Source of the DNA: a virus | IMG/VR virus record: IMGVR_UViG_3300032286_000926 | Coordinates: 1 to 64,000 of that record | Reading direction: 5' to 3' (one strand) | DNA: 64,000 nt | In this document: positions 1-8,481 of the stretch, piece after piece | Numbering within the stretch: the stretch's first letter is position 1 | Layout of the letters: every line of letters begins with the position of its first letter | Notes under the pieces: model-generated | What the model was told of the DNA's origin: nothing | Databases searched by the model: none | What the model saw: only the letters and a program-made list of their open reading frames with translations | Made by a program: the position numbers and the translations under genes

Positions 1-324
1 ATGAGCGCTATGAGCAATTTAGACCTGAGTATCCAAGAGTATTGTGAGTACCTGCAATCCAAGTGGAATGCATATGCGGCTCGTGCCAAGTTTACTCATG
101 TGACCCGCAGTTACACCTATGAGATTGGCCGTAAGTATGTCCATATTATCCAGAGTGATAATAATAGCCGTAGCAGTCATTCGTGGGTGGTGATTGGTGA
201 TGACAAGAAATTTAAGATTGGCGACATATTGAAGTCCGCCAGTTGGAAGTCTCCAGCTCGTAACTATGAGCGTGGTAATGTACTGAGTGGTGACTGGAAT
301 GCAGTTGATTGTTATGGTGCGTAA
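1..324 (+). CDS. Hypothetical phage early protein
   Basis: 107-aa ORF with GRKY...GDILKSASWKSPA motif typical of small phage proteins; start is at the window edge. Confidence 0.7.
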   Translation: MSAMSNLDLSIQEYCEYLQSKWNAYAARAKFTHVTRSYTYEIGRKYVHIIQSDNNSRSSHSWVVIGDDKKFKIGDILKSASWKSPARNYERGNVLSGDWNAVDCYGA

Positions 325-368
325 GTAGTTGATTTCATTGAGTTTTTTCTTTCTGTCGGTGGTACTTT

Positions 369-400
369 GGACTGTTGCTTCAAAACAACAGTCCTTTTTT
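369..400 (+). terminator. Stem-loop/intrinsic terminator upstream of an early promoter
   Basis: GGACTGTTG-N8-CAACAGTCC perfect 9-bp stem followed by TTTTTT. Confidence 0.65.
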
Positions 401-406
401 ATTCCA

Positions 407-435
407 TTGACATTTCCTCGGTTCACCTGTATAAT
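407..435 (+). promoter_or_regulatory. Sigma70-type early promoter
   Basis: TTGACA (407-412), 17-bp spacer, TATAAT (430-435). Confidence 0.9.
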
Positions 436-464
436 GGTTCCATAAAATGAAAAAAGGACAGAAT

Positions 465-749
465 ATGTTAAAATTTGAAAATATTGCGAAGGTCGGTGAA
501 ATCATCCGTGCCTATGATTTTAAACCAATGGCTGGTCGTGATGACGCTTTTATTGAAGGTGTCGTGGAACAGGCGAATTGTAATGAAGCTGGTTACAATG
601 CTTATAAGGTCACCGTACTGGTTGATAAGTTTAAAAAGTATGAGACTAAGGCAAGTCCTCGTAACCGTGTTGGCCAGATTGTATTCGTGCCACACCAGAC
701 CTCCTTTAGCGAGTTTGATTTCCGTGTTATTAACCTGTCGAGGATTTAA
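465..749 (+). CDS. Hypothetical protein
   Basis: ORF behind the promoter; AAAGGA RBS favours ATG 465 over 447. Confidence 0.75.
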   Translation: MLKFENIAKVGEIIRAYDFKPMAGRDDAFIEGVVEQANCNEAGYNAYKVTVLVDKFKKYETKASPRNRVGQIVFVPHQTSFSEFDFRVINLSRI

Positions 750-750
750 T

Positions 751-960
751 ATGAGTATAGCAATTGGTATGATGGTGAAGTGGTCAAGTGCTGCTGGCAT
801 CCTGACTGGTAAAGTGTCCAATATCCAATTAGACCTGAATGGTGCTGGTGAGATGATTCCGTGGATGACTGTGAGCAATATCAGTCCGATTGGCCATAGT
901 GCGGTGAGACTGTGCGCTTCTGATATGGGACTAAAGCAATTAAAGGTGGAACTGATATAG
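751..960 (+). CDS. Hypothetical protein
   Basis: ATG 751 abuts the upstream stop; C-terminal part of track ORF 475..960. Confidence 0.65.
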   Translation: MSIAIGMMVKWSSAAGILTGKVSNIQLDLNGAGEMIPWMTVSNISPIGHSAVRLCASDMGLKQLKVELI

Positions 961-1199
961 ATACCTGTGGAGGTGTCTATGGATTGGATAGAGTATTTGA
1001 GTAATTACGCTTTAAGTAAATAGAGGGTATAGCGGGTATGAGCACGTTATGGTGGATCAACTTAGGGTCCACTACTGGAATGTTTAAGGTTCCATTAGAG
1101 TCTCATTGTGTATTTGTTCGTCTTAGGATTTCCTGGAAAATCCTATATTCGAGTTTCTGAAAAAATCCTGGAAAAAAATTTGAAGAGGAATAGTAAATT

Positions 1200-1490
1200 A
1201 TGAATATTAAAGAATTAAAAGCCTTTGGTTATGAAGTGTTCGAGGTAACTGGATGGAATAATGGTAAGTATTGTTTCAGTTTACGGGACATATATGGTGT
1301 ATACCATGATTCGTATTCACCATGTAAGACTAAAGAAAAGGCATGGGAATCAGCTGCAAGGTGGCATGCCAAGCACTTTCCACCAGAGAAGCTTGCGTTA
1401 TTCGAAGAAAGACGAAAATTGATGGCTACTCACTATAAAGAGATGAAGGCCATGGATAAAAAGCTTAAAGATTTCGGAGTGAAAAAATGA
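1200..1490 (+). CDS. Hypothetical protein
   Basis: 96-aa ORF with GAGGA RBS; ATGA overlap with next gene. Confidence 0.7.
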   Translation: MNIKELKAFGYEVFEVTGWNNGKYCFSLRDIYGVYHDSYSPCKTKEKAWESAARWHAKHFPPEKLALFEERRKLMATHYKEMKAMDKKLKDFGVKK

Positions 1491-1885
1491 AAATAGTTAT
1501 TAATGCAGAATATGGTGGATTCGGTCTCTCCCATGAGGCACTACTAAGGTATATCGAGGAGAAGGGTCTGAAGCTCTATATTCACTATACCAAAGAGTTT
1601 GACATGCTATCATTCTATACTGTACCCTATGAAGAGTATGAGAGGGTACACCAGAAAGATTTGGCGAATGGTCTCTATAAGGACTCTAATTCTCTCTGCT
1701 GGAACCCTAGAGAGATTGAGAGAAATGATCCTATACTGGTAAGAGTGGTAGAGGAGATGGGTGAGAAGGCTGATGGTAAAAATTCACGATTATCCATTGT
1801 GGAGATACCTGATGATATTGAGTGGACTATCGAAGATTATGATGGCTCAGAGTGGGTTGCAGAAAAGCATAGGACATGGAGATAA
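1487..1885 (+). CDS. Conserved phage hypothetical protein
   Basis: MKIVIN..YGGFGLS...RNDP.LV.VVEE...YDGSEWV motif widespread in phages. Confidence 0.8.
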   Translation: MKIVINAEYGGFGLSHEALLRYIEEKGLKLYIHYTKEFDMLSFYTVPYEEYERVHQKDLANGLYKDSNSLCWNPREIERNDPILVRVVEEMGEKADGKNSRLSIVEIPDDIEWTIEDYDGSEWVAEKHRTWR

Positions 1886-1886
1886 T

Positions 1887-2078
1887 ATGAGTTATGATGC
1901 GGATTACGAAAGCGTGTACATGGTGGAGTTTGAATCTGGTAAAACTATTCATGTACAATTCTTTGAGGTTGATGAAGTGAAAGAGTATTGTCGTGATATG
2001 TACCCAAGTAATAAAATCAAGACAATTTATAAAGAAGTTTATAATTCATGGGAAGATAGTGATGATTCTGATGATTGA
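1887..2078 (+). CDS. Hypothetical protein
   Basis: ATG 1887 after GGAGA; acidic 63-aa ORF. Confidence 0.65.
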   Translation: MSYDADYESVYMVEFESGKTIHVQFFEVDEVKEYCRDMYPSNKIKTIYKEVYNSWEDSDDSDD

Positions 2079-2151
2079 GTTTATTGGTGTACTCATACTT
2101 GCAGGTATTCTAATCTATATTTTAAAGAAAGTATTTTATGACATTCAGTAA
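2062..2151 (+). CDS. Small membrane peptide
   Basis: 29-aa hydrophobic ORF (MILMIEFIGVLILAGILIYILKKVFYDIQ) tiling with neighbours; below the ORF-track cutoff. Confidence 0.45.
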   Translation: MILMIEFIGVLILAGILIYILKKVFYDIQ

Positions 2152-2260
2152 TATATTAAGTTTGATTGTGGGTTTTTCGATGGGTTGGTTCTTTGCGCCA
2201 GCATTCACCGACATTAGTAAGAAGGTATGGCAAGAAATTAAAGATTGGAGATACCGATAA
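2138..2260 (+). CDS. Small membrane peptide
   Basis: 40-aa ORF with hydrophobic N-terminus; TAATG coupling to the next gene. Confidence 0.5.
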   Translation: MTFSNILSLIVGFSMGWFFAPAFTDISKKVWQEIKDWRYR

Positions 2261-2454
2261 TGGATAAAGACCTAGAGGAACTGGCAGAGGCAGCCTTTGC
2301 GAAGTATGAGAAATGCCAAGTATTTTCTGTGAGTGTGGTGGAGAAATACGGGTTTATTGGTGGTTATATGGCGGCTTACCTAGAGTTAGGAGCGCCGGAA
2401 AACCTTGACAAATCAAAGACTTACGGTGGGCTTGACAAACCCTCTGATGTATGA
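2260..2454 (+). CDS. Hypothetical protein
   Basis: ATG 2260 coupled to the upstream TAA; GGAG RBS. Confidence 0.6.
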   Translation: MDKDLEELAEAAFAKYEKCQVFSVSVVEKYGFIGGYMAAYLELGAPENLDKSKTYGGLDKPSDV

Positions 2455-2460
2455 TATAAT
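2432..2460 (+). promoter_or_regulatory. Sigma70-type early promoter
   Basis: TTGACA-17-TATAAT preceded by an AAATCAA-N4-TTAC motif (2410-2424). Confidence 0.85.
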
Positions 2461-2476
2461 GGACTTGTAAATTGAA

Positions 2477-2650
2477 ATGGAGCCTGCTGTGTATGATGTA
2501 AATAAACTGAAATTGGTCGAAGAATTGTTTTTCGAAGAAAAGATTGATATATTGGATATTGCCTTATTATTGGGTGAAAGCGTTACTACCATTGATTTAA
2601 TGGTCTGTGATATTCTGGCCAAGAGTACACCAAGTGGAGATTCATTATGA
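2477..2650 (+). CDS. Hypothetical protein
   Basis: 57-aa ORF downstream of the promoter, ATGA overlap with next gene. Confidence 0.45.
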   Translation: MEPAVYDVNKLKLVEELFFEEKIDILDIALLLGESVTTIDLMVCDILAKSTPSGDSL

Positions 2651-2832
2651 TTAATTTAGAAATTGATTATGATACCGCAGATAAAATCACGGTAAATACA
2701 TTACAAGATTATCTGGATAGTTTAACTTTACTTTTATCCTCTGGTGATATGCATAAAGATGATATTGAGCATACAGTTAAAATGATTGATGCTATTAAGT
2801 TTGTAATCGGTGATTTTAGGATTGCTGAATAA
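2647..2832 (+). CDS. Hypothetical protein
   Basis: 61-aa ORF with GGAG RBS. Confidence 0.65.
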   Translation: MINLEIDYDTADKITVNTLQDYLDSLTLLLSSGDMHKDDIEHTVKMIDAIKFVIGDFRIAE

Positions 2833-2987
2833 TGGAATATTTCATTATTGGTTTAATTGCAATACCATTAATATTGGGTGCCATTGGTAGAATCATATAT
2901 GAGATTATGGCCTTTGCGGTTAATCCAACGGTGGTGGTTACAGTAATTTTATTATGTTATTTTTATTATGAAAGTTTAAAGGTTTGA
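2832..2987 (+). CDS. Small two-TM membrane protein
   Basis: 51-aa ORF with TAATG coupling and two hydrophobic stretches. Confidence 0.5.
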   Translation: MEYFIIGLIAIPLILGAIGRIIYEIMAFAVNPTVVVTVILLCYFYYESLKV

Positions 2988-3211
2988 AGAAAAACAAAAT
3001 ATTTTATTTTAAATGGGCAGGAACATGTGTAACATTAATTGGTGCATTAGCGACAGCGCTACAATATGACCCACTAAATATTTACTTGTTAAACGCTGGC
3101 TCTCTATTGTTTTTATATTGGGCTTTTCTAATTCGTGATAAAGCGATGGTAACCGTTAATCTTGGTTTATTATCGATTTATGTTTTAGGACTTTATTTAA
3201 GAACCACATAA
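2984..3211 (+). CDS. Small membrane protein
   Basis: 75 aa with three hydrophobic segments. Confidence 0.7.
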   Translation: MKKNKIFYFKWAGTCVTLIGALATALQYDPLNIYLLNAGSLLFLYWAFLIRDKAMVTVNLGLLSIYVLGLYLRTT

Positions 3212-3231
3212 TATTTTAAAGGAATTAATCA

Positions 3232-3600
3232 ATGACCAGAGACTATGATGGTTTTTATTTTCTACCTGGTGATAATGATGATGAGCTAAAATTAGCTTAT
3301 TTTAAATTGAAAGAAGAGGAGTTTATAGGTGAACCTATTGATAATAGTTCTGTTGGTGATATGTACCATATTGCCTTCTTTAAGTGGAGTGATGGTGGGC
3401 ATCCAATATTCGATGAGCATTATGAGGCAATATTTTCAGACCCATCAACTTACATAAAAAATATTGCGGGGGCAGATTTATATGGTTGTATTTTACGAAA
3501 AACCAATAAATCCGGCAATTGGTGGAAAGATTACCTCAAAAGAACGATGGAATCTTGTACAATGATACAAGACAAAATGAAAATAGCAGCAAATACATGA
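3232..3600 (+). CDS. Hypothetical protein
   Basis: 122-aa ORF with AAGGA RBS. Confidence 0.7.
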   Translation: MTRDYDGFYFLPGDNDDELKLAYFKLKEEEFIGEPIDNSSVGDMYHIAFFKWSDGGHPIFDEHYEAIFSDPSTYIKNIAGADLYGCILRKTNKSGNWWKDYLKRTMESCTMIQDKMKIAANT

Positions 3601-3611
3601 AGGAAATTGAA

Positions 3612-3890
3612 ATGGCAAGCGGAAATCAAGTTTTTAAGAGTGAAGAAGATAAAAATTGGCTCAAAAATATTTTACGTGAGCGTGAAGTTACTGTAATTTT
3701 CACAAAAAAAGACGGAACTGAGCGAAAAATGCTCTGTACTCTCTCGGAAAATAAAATTCCTGAAGAAAAAGTGCCAACAGGCTCAGGAAAAACACAAAAT
3801 TCTGATGCTCTCGCTGTTTTTGATTTAGAAAAAGAAGAATGGCGCTCATTTCGCTACGATTCTCTAAAATCATTTAGTGCGGAATTCTAA
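3612..3890 (+). CDS. SH3/WYL-like beta-barrel protein (DUF2693/T4 a-gt.4-like)
   Basis: V.FTKKDGTER.M.CTL...VFDLEK.EWRSFR motif; AAGGA RBS before ATG 3612. Confidence 0.8.
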   Translation: MASGNQVFKSEEDKNWLKNILREREVTVIFTKKDGTERKMLCTLSENKIPEEKVPTGSGKTQNSDALAVFDLEKEEWRSFRYDSLKSFSAEF

Positions 3891-3902
3891 AAAAACAGAT
3901 TA

Positions 3903-3992
3903 GGAAGTGTGGCCGAGCGGTTGAAGGCACTAGTCTTGAAAACTAGCGAGTATGAGAGTGCTCCGTGAGTTCGAATCTCACCGCTTCCGCCA
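3903..3992 (+). tRNA. trnS: tRNA-Ser(UGA)
   Basis: Cloverleaf with long variable arm, anticodon arm CTAGT-CT-TGA-AA-ACTAG, GTTCGAAT T-loop, encoded CCA. Confidence 0.95.
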
Positions 3993-4007
3993 AAATTCAA
4001 GGATTTT

Positions 4008-4697
4008 ATGAAAGTTTCGATTGTAATTCCGTCTTATGGTTCATGTGATTTGCTTGATGAATGCTTAAATCGCATTTATCGTAACACGGATGTAATCGGA
4101 CATGAAATTATTGTTGTTTGTAATGGTGCAGATGATGATAGTGCTCAAATTGTAATGCAAAATGGTTTAAAATTAGTTTGGGTAAAAGAAGCAATTGGTT
4201 TTACTTTAGCCACAAATATGGGATTGAAATTGGCAACGAATCCAATTACATTAGTTATGAATACTGATGCTCATATTTTAGATTATTGGCCTAAGAATAA
4301 ATGGTTGGATGAATTAACCAAACCATTTGAAAATCCAAAAGTTGGTATTGTGGGTACTAATGTGATGTATTCTAGATGGGGTGATTTTTTACCGTTTTTC
4401 TGTACTGCTATACGAACCAGTTTATTCTCCGAACTTGGTTATTTGGATGAAGCATTTAGTCCGGGTTATGGTGAAGATTTGGATTTTTGTGTTCGAACCA
4501 GATTAGCTGGCTACGAATTAGTATCAGTAGATGAAGATGAATCTATTAATGATAATGCCAATGAAATGATGGTTTCAAGTTACCCTCTATATCATCGTGG
4601 CGCTCAATCATTTACTGATGAAGTAAAGCGGCAAGAGTACATTAGAAATCATTATGTTGTGATGACTAAAAAGTGGGGACCTAGTTTAAAATTTTAA
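4008..4697 (+). CDS. Glycosyltransferase family 2
   Basis: VSIVIP start, IIVVCNG, VMNTD, GYLDEAF.PGYGEDLDFC.R GT2 motifs. Confidence 0.9.
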   Translation: MKVSIVIPSYGSCDLLDECLNRIYRNTDVIGHEIIVVCNGADDDSAQIVMQNGLKLVWVKEAIGFTLATNMGLKLATNPITLVMNTDAHILDYWPKNKWLDELTKPFENPKVGIVGTNVMYSRWGDFLPFFCTAIRTSLFSELGYLDEAFSPGYGEDLDFCVRTRLAGYELVSVDEDESINDNANEMMVSSYPLYHRGAQSFTDEVKRQEYIRNHYVVMTKKWGPSLKF

Positions 4698-4712
4698 AGA
4701 AAGGAGTAGCAA

Positions 4713-5321
4713 ATGGCAGCAATATTTTTAGTAAGCGATACACACTTTGGTCATGCTGGTGTTTGCCGCTTCACACACCAAGATACCGATATTAAAATTC
4801 GGCCTTGGGATAATCCAGAAGAAATGGATGAATACATGGTCAAAGCATGGAACAATACAGTACGACCAAACGATAAAGTATATCACCTTGGTGATGTTGT
4901 TATTAATCGTAAATCGTTACAGATTTTGGATAGATTGAATGGTGATAAAGTATTGATTCGTGGTAACCATGATATTTTTAAGTTGGAAGATTACACAAAA
5001 TACTTTAGAGATGTTCGTGGATATCATATAATGAACAATATGATTCTCAGTCATATTCCGGTTCATCCAGATAGTAAAGGTCGTTTTGCAGCTAACATTC
5101 ACGGTCACTTACATAGTAATCGTGTTCGTAAGCCAAAAGGTGTTGATACTATGACAGGAGAAATTCTGTATAGTAACGATATTGATCCATGGTATTTTAA
5201 TGTGAGTGTAGAACAAACATTTTTCAAACCTATTCTATTTGAAACTGTTTTAGAAAAGATTAAGAAGCAAGGTCAGTCGGACTACACCTACGAAGGATTT
5301 GGTAAGTTTGATTTTGAATAG
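4713..5321 (+). CDS. Calcineurin-like metallophosphoesterase
   Basis: SDTHFGH, LGD, GNHD, HGHLH motifs. Confidence 0.92.
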   Translation: MAAIFLVSDTHFGHAGVCRFTHQDTDIKIRPWDNPEEMDEYMVKAWNNTVRPNDKVYHLGDVVINRKSLQILDRLNGDKVLIRGNHDIFKLEDYTKYFRDVRGYHIMNNMILSHIPVHPDSKGRFAANIHGHLHSNRVRKPKGVDTMTGEILYSNDIDPWYFNVSVEQTFFKPILFETVLEKIKKQGQSDYTYEGFGKFDFE

Positions 5322-5395
5322 GGCTGATAGCTTAATGGTAAAGCGTCCGACTCATAATCGGTTGAGTGATAGTTCAATTCTATCTCAGCCCACCA
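5321..5395 (+). tRNA. tRNA with CAT anticodon (probably Ile2, lysidine-modified; otherwise Met)
   Basis: GGGCTGA/TCAGCCC acceptor stem, CCGA-CT-CAT-AA-TCGG anticodon arm resembling the Ile2 type, encoded CCA. Confidence 0.9.
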
Positions 5396-5400
5396 GATAT

Positions 5401-5476
5401 GCTCTGTTCGTCTAGAGGCCTAGGACATCACCCTTTCACGGTGAGTACACCGGTTCGAATCCGGTACAGAGCGCCA
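5401..5476 (+). tRNA. trnE: tRNA-Glu(UUC)
   Basis: TCACC-CT-TTC-AC-GGTGA anticodon arm, GGTTCGAATCC, CCA. Confidence 0.95.
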
Positions 5477-5484
5477 GTTTCACA

Positions 5485-5558
5485 GCGGGATTCGTTTAAT
5501 GGTAGGACCTTAGATTTCCAATCTAAAGACAACAGTTCGATTCTGTTATCCCGCTCCA
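5485..5558 (+). tRNA. trnG: tRNA-Gly(UCC)
   Basis: GCGGGAT/ATCCCGC acceptor, TTAGA-TT-TCC-AA-TCTAA, U73-CCA. Confidence 0.95.
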
Positions 5559-5564
5559 AAACAG

Positions 5565-5951
5565 AGGTGCCATGCCTATGATAGATAATCCCTATTCTAT
5601 TATGCACAATTTGGCGAAAAATGATTTGAGCACTCAGGCGTATCAAATTAACCTTAACGTCGCTTGCTAGGATTGTCGTCCTATGTTATAAAGACACAAG
5701 GCCTTTTGTTTAGGGACAGAAGGCATTGTTGAGAATATGTGAGAAAGAGTAAGCAATCCCAACTGTTGGGGAAAACACCATCTTAGAAACCGTATCCACG
5801 ATTAGGAGATTATCTAACAACGCAAAAGTTAGATTGAAAACGCAAAGCTAAGAGAACAACTGACGAGTGGTAACACATGAAGATAGGCGCCTATGCTTTA
5901 TGATAAGTCCACCCATGAGTTCTTAAACATATAACAGTATTCTCAACAATG
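5565..5951 (+). ncRNA. Putative structured non-coding RNA(s) inside the tRNA cluster
   Basis: No ORF on the + strand; perfect 14-bp stem CATTGTTGAGAATA (5724-5737)/TATTCTCAACAATG (5938-5951) enclosing several hairpins; further hairpins at 5565-5724. Confidence 0.6.
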
Positions 5952-5968
5952 ATGATATATATTAGTAA

Positions 5969-6042
5969 GCCCCTTTAGTTAAATGGTATAACGCTAGATT
6001 TGTAATCTTGAATTGTTAGTTCGATTCTATCAAGGGGCACCA
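5969..6042 (+). tRNA. trnT: tRNA-Thr(UGU)
   Basis: GCCCCTT/AAGGGGC acceptor, TGT anticodon, CCA; single U-U mismatches in the anticodon and T stems. Confidence 0.88.
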
Positions 6043-6057
6043 ATAACTGGAGATACT

Positions 6058-6210
6058 ATGACAACTGACGAAAAAGCAAAAGAAAAGAATTTTCACGAAG
6101 AACAATTAAAAAAAGTTCGTAATTTAAAACCCGTAGGTCCAAAAGTTGCAACAAAACCCAATTTTGTGCCTAGGACTAATATGATGAGAAAAGCTGGTAG
6201 AGGAAGATAA
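6058..6210 (+). CDS. Small basic hypothetical protein
   Basis: GGAGA RBS before ATG 6058; ends RKAGRGR. Confidence 0.65.
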   Translation: MTTDEKAKEKNFHEEQLKKVRNLKPVGPKVATKPNFVPRTNMMRKAGRGR

Positions 6211-6220
6211 TATATAAATT

Positions 6221-7015
6221 ATGTTAATAGATGCTTTTACATTCCTGAACGAATTTGATATGCTTGAGGCTAGATTGGAATATCTAGATAAAATAGTTGA
6301 TTATTTCATTATTGTTGAATGTGACCATACCTTTGCTGGTAATCCAAAAGAATTAAATTTTCCAAAACAAATTGGAAGATACCGAAAATATTTACATAAG
6401 ATTATGTATTTACCGTTTTCTATCGATTCAACTAATTATGATTTCTCAAAACCAAAATCCATAGATTATGATGCTGACCAATGGTTGGTGGAGAAACAAC
6501 AAAGAGATTATATGATGAGTGGATTAAAATTGTTTCATCCAGATTGTTTTGTTTTAATTGGTGATATTGATGAGATTGTTACGATTGAAAGTATTAAATC
6601 GTCCATGTCAAACTTTCAAAATGTTATGGCTATTGGTTCAAACCAAGAAATGTTTTTATATAACTTTAATCAAAAAGAAATTAATTTGTGGAGTGGTACT
6701 GTAATGACCACAGTACGAAACGCTGTAGAATCAACACCACATTCTTTTAGATGGCAACGGTGGTCTTTTCCAAAACTTATGAAAGGTTATCATTTAAGTT
6801 ATTTCATGGAAACAAATCAAATCAAATATAAAATACAGAATTTCTCACACCAAGAATTGAATCGAGATATTTTTACAAATGAACAATTAATAGAAGAAAG
6901 AATTTCAAAAGGGTTGGAACCATTTGAGAGAATTTCTGTTCCTTTGATAAAGGTTGACCCATCCTCAATTGATCCTGAGATATATAGAATATTCAATAAA
7001 GTTTGCAAAACATAG
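6221..7015 (+). CDS. Glycosyltransferase family 17 (GnT-III-like)
   Basis: DAFTF.NE.DMLE.RL..L...VDYFIIVE, E..QRD, GDIDEI, HLSYF, KI.NFSHQE motifs. Confidence 0.88.
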   Translation: MLIDAFTFLNEFDMLEARLEYLDKIVDYFIIVECDHTFAGNPKELNFPKQIGRYRKYLHKIMYLPFSIDSTNYDFSKPKSIDYDADQWLVEKQQRDYMMSGLKLFHPDCFVLIGDIDEIVTIESIKSSMSNFQNVMAIGSNQEMFLYNFNQKEINLWSGTVMTTVRNAVESTPHSFRWQRWSFPKLMKGYHLSYFMETNQIKYKIQNFSHQELNRDIFTNEQLIEERISKGLEPFERISVPLIKVDPSSIDPEIYRIFNKVCKT

Positions 7016-7026
7016 AAAGATATATT

Positions 7027-7290
7027 ATGAATGTACAACCATTACATACCAAAGTTATTGTGGCTGAAAATTATGTAGAATCAAAAAGTGAAGCTGGTCT
7101 TATTCTAGATGGCATCGATTCTCTTAGGCAAACACCACAGGCCACAGTTATAGCAATTGGACCTGAAGTTACCGATGTTAAACTTGGTGATGTTATTATA
7201 CCTGATTGGACTAAGGCAACAGTTATTACGGTAGAAGGTGCTCAGCGAGCGGTGATTGACCAAACAAATATTATGATGGTTCTCGAATAA
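7027..7290 (+). CDS. groES: Co-chaperonin GroES (Cpn10)-like
   Basis: VQPLHTKVIV...SEAGLIL...ATVIAIGPEV..VKLGDVI. Confidence 0.8.
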   Translation: MNVQPLHTKVIVAENYVESKSEAGLILDGIDSLRQTPQATVIAIGPEVTDVKLGDVIIPDWTKATVITVEGAQRAVIDQTNIMMVLE

Positions 7291-7354
7291 CGCTTGACTA
7301 AGCCTAGATAGTGTGATAGGATTTGATAATGACTAATTCAAAAGGAAAAACAAA

Positions 7355-8440
7355 ATGCGGTTAACGGATGCCAATCTGATATTTGCCGGCAGTGAACCTA
7401 AATTTACCTCAGAATTGTCTGTTTTAGATTTAATTAAATCTTTAACTTGGTACAACCAAAACAAACAAACTAAAGATTCTGAAAAATACGCCATCGATTA
7501 TTTCAAAAAGAAATTAAAGTTGGATGCATCTTCAGCTCTAAAAAACAGAAGTTCCACTTTTGGTTTTGTTTGCCGTATTGTTTCTAATGGTGGTATTCTC
7601 AATACAAAAGACCAAGAATGGTTTGATAATGAGATTAATCAAGTTAAAGCGGAATTAAAAGTTAAACCTAAAGTTGTTGTTATTGATGCCTCAGCACCAG
7701 TTGTAAATGTCGTTTCTATACAAGAACGCATCCGTGATAAGGCCAATGAGTGTATCGCAGACTTAGAAGGACAAGTTGATGATATACTCACAAGTCAATT
7801 TAAAACCATTGGATCGCCTTATGGTGTCATGCATACTTTAAATATTAAAGATGCTCAGACCAAATATATCATTGAATGGGCAAAACAAAAAAGAAATGAA
7901 TTTGATGATGTAATGAACACGGATGATGCCGAATTAAAAGAAGGTTATTCCAATTTCTCTAAAATACAATTAAAGAAGATGGTTGGTTATTTCGACCAAG
8001 TAATTCTTGATTGTGCCAAAATTACTCAATCATCGGTACAGAATCGTAAACCTCGTAAACGCAAAACAAAATCACCAGAAGAGTTGGTGGCTAAGATTAA
8101 AATTTGTAAAGAGTTTGCTGAATTGAAATTACAATCTATTGCACCAAAAGATATTATTGGTGTAATGCAGTTATGGGTATATAATACCAAGACCCGTAAA
8201 CTAGGTGTCTATCATGCGGAAGATGCTGGTGGATTAACAGTAAAGGGTTCTTCATTACTGAATTATAACGAATCAAAATCGGTACAGAAGAAATTGCGTA
8301 AGCCTGAAGAAATGTTGCCGTTAATATTAACTGGCGGTAAAGTATTTCTCAAAAATGCCTTGGTTGGTATCCGTGCGGTAGAATCACCATTATCAGGTAG
8401 GGTAAATGAAGATACGGTATTATTAAGGGTATCAAAATAA
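7355..8440 (+). CDS. Conserved T4-like phage hypothetical protein
   Basis: 361 aa; LKEGYS, IIG...LWVYNTKTRKLG.Y, S.QKKLRKPEE, GR.NEDT.LL motifs typical of T4-like phages. Confidence 0.8.
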   Translation: MRLTDANLIFAGSEPKFTSELSVLDLIKSLTWYNQNKQTKDSEKYAIDYFKKKLKLDASSALKNRSSTFGFVCRIVSNGGILNTKDQEWFDNEINQVKAELKVKPKVVVIDASAPVVNVVSIQERIRDKANECIADLEGQVDDILTSQFKTIGSPYGVMHTLNIKDAQTKYIIEWAKQKRNEFDDVMNTDDAELKEGYSNFSKIQLKKMVGYFDQVILDCAKITQSSVQNRKPRKRKTKSPEELVAKIKICKEFAELKLQSIAPKDIIGVMQLWVYNTKTRKLGVYHAEDAGGLTVKGSSLLNYNESKSVQKKLRKPEEMLPLILTGGKVFLKNALVGIRAVESPLSGRVNEDTVLLRVSK

Positions 8441-8481
8441 CATTTGCCTCATTTTTGAATGAATCTATATTATAATGATGT

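Noticed and set aside
5366-5646. ORFs 5366..5581 (+) and 5428..5646 (-)
   Set aside because: They overlap well-formed tRNA-Glu and tRNA-Gly genes; shadow ORFs
5858-5890. CTGACGA-GTG-GTAA-CAC resembling a hammerhead ribozyme core
   Set aside because: Stem II is followed by ATGAAG, not the required GAAA, and I could not build stems I and III
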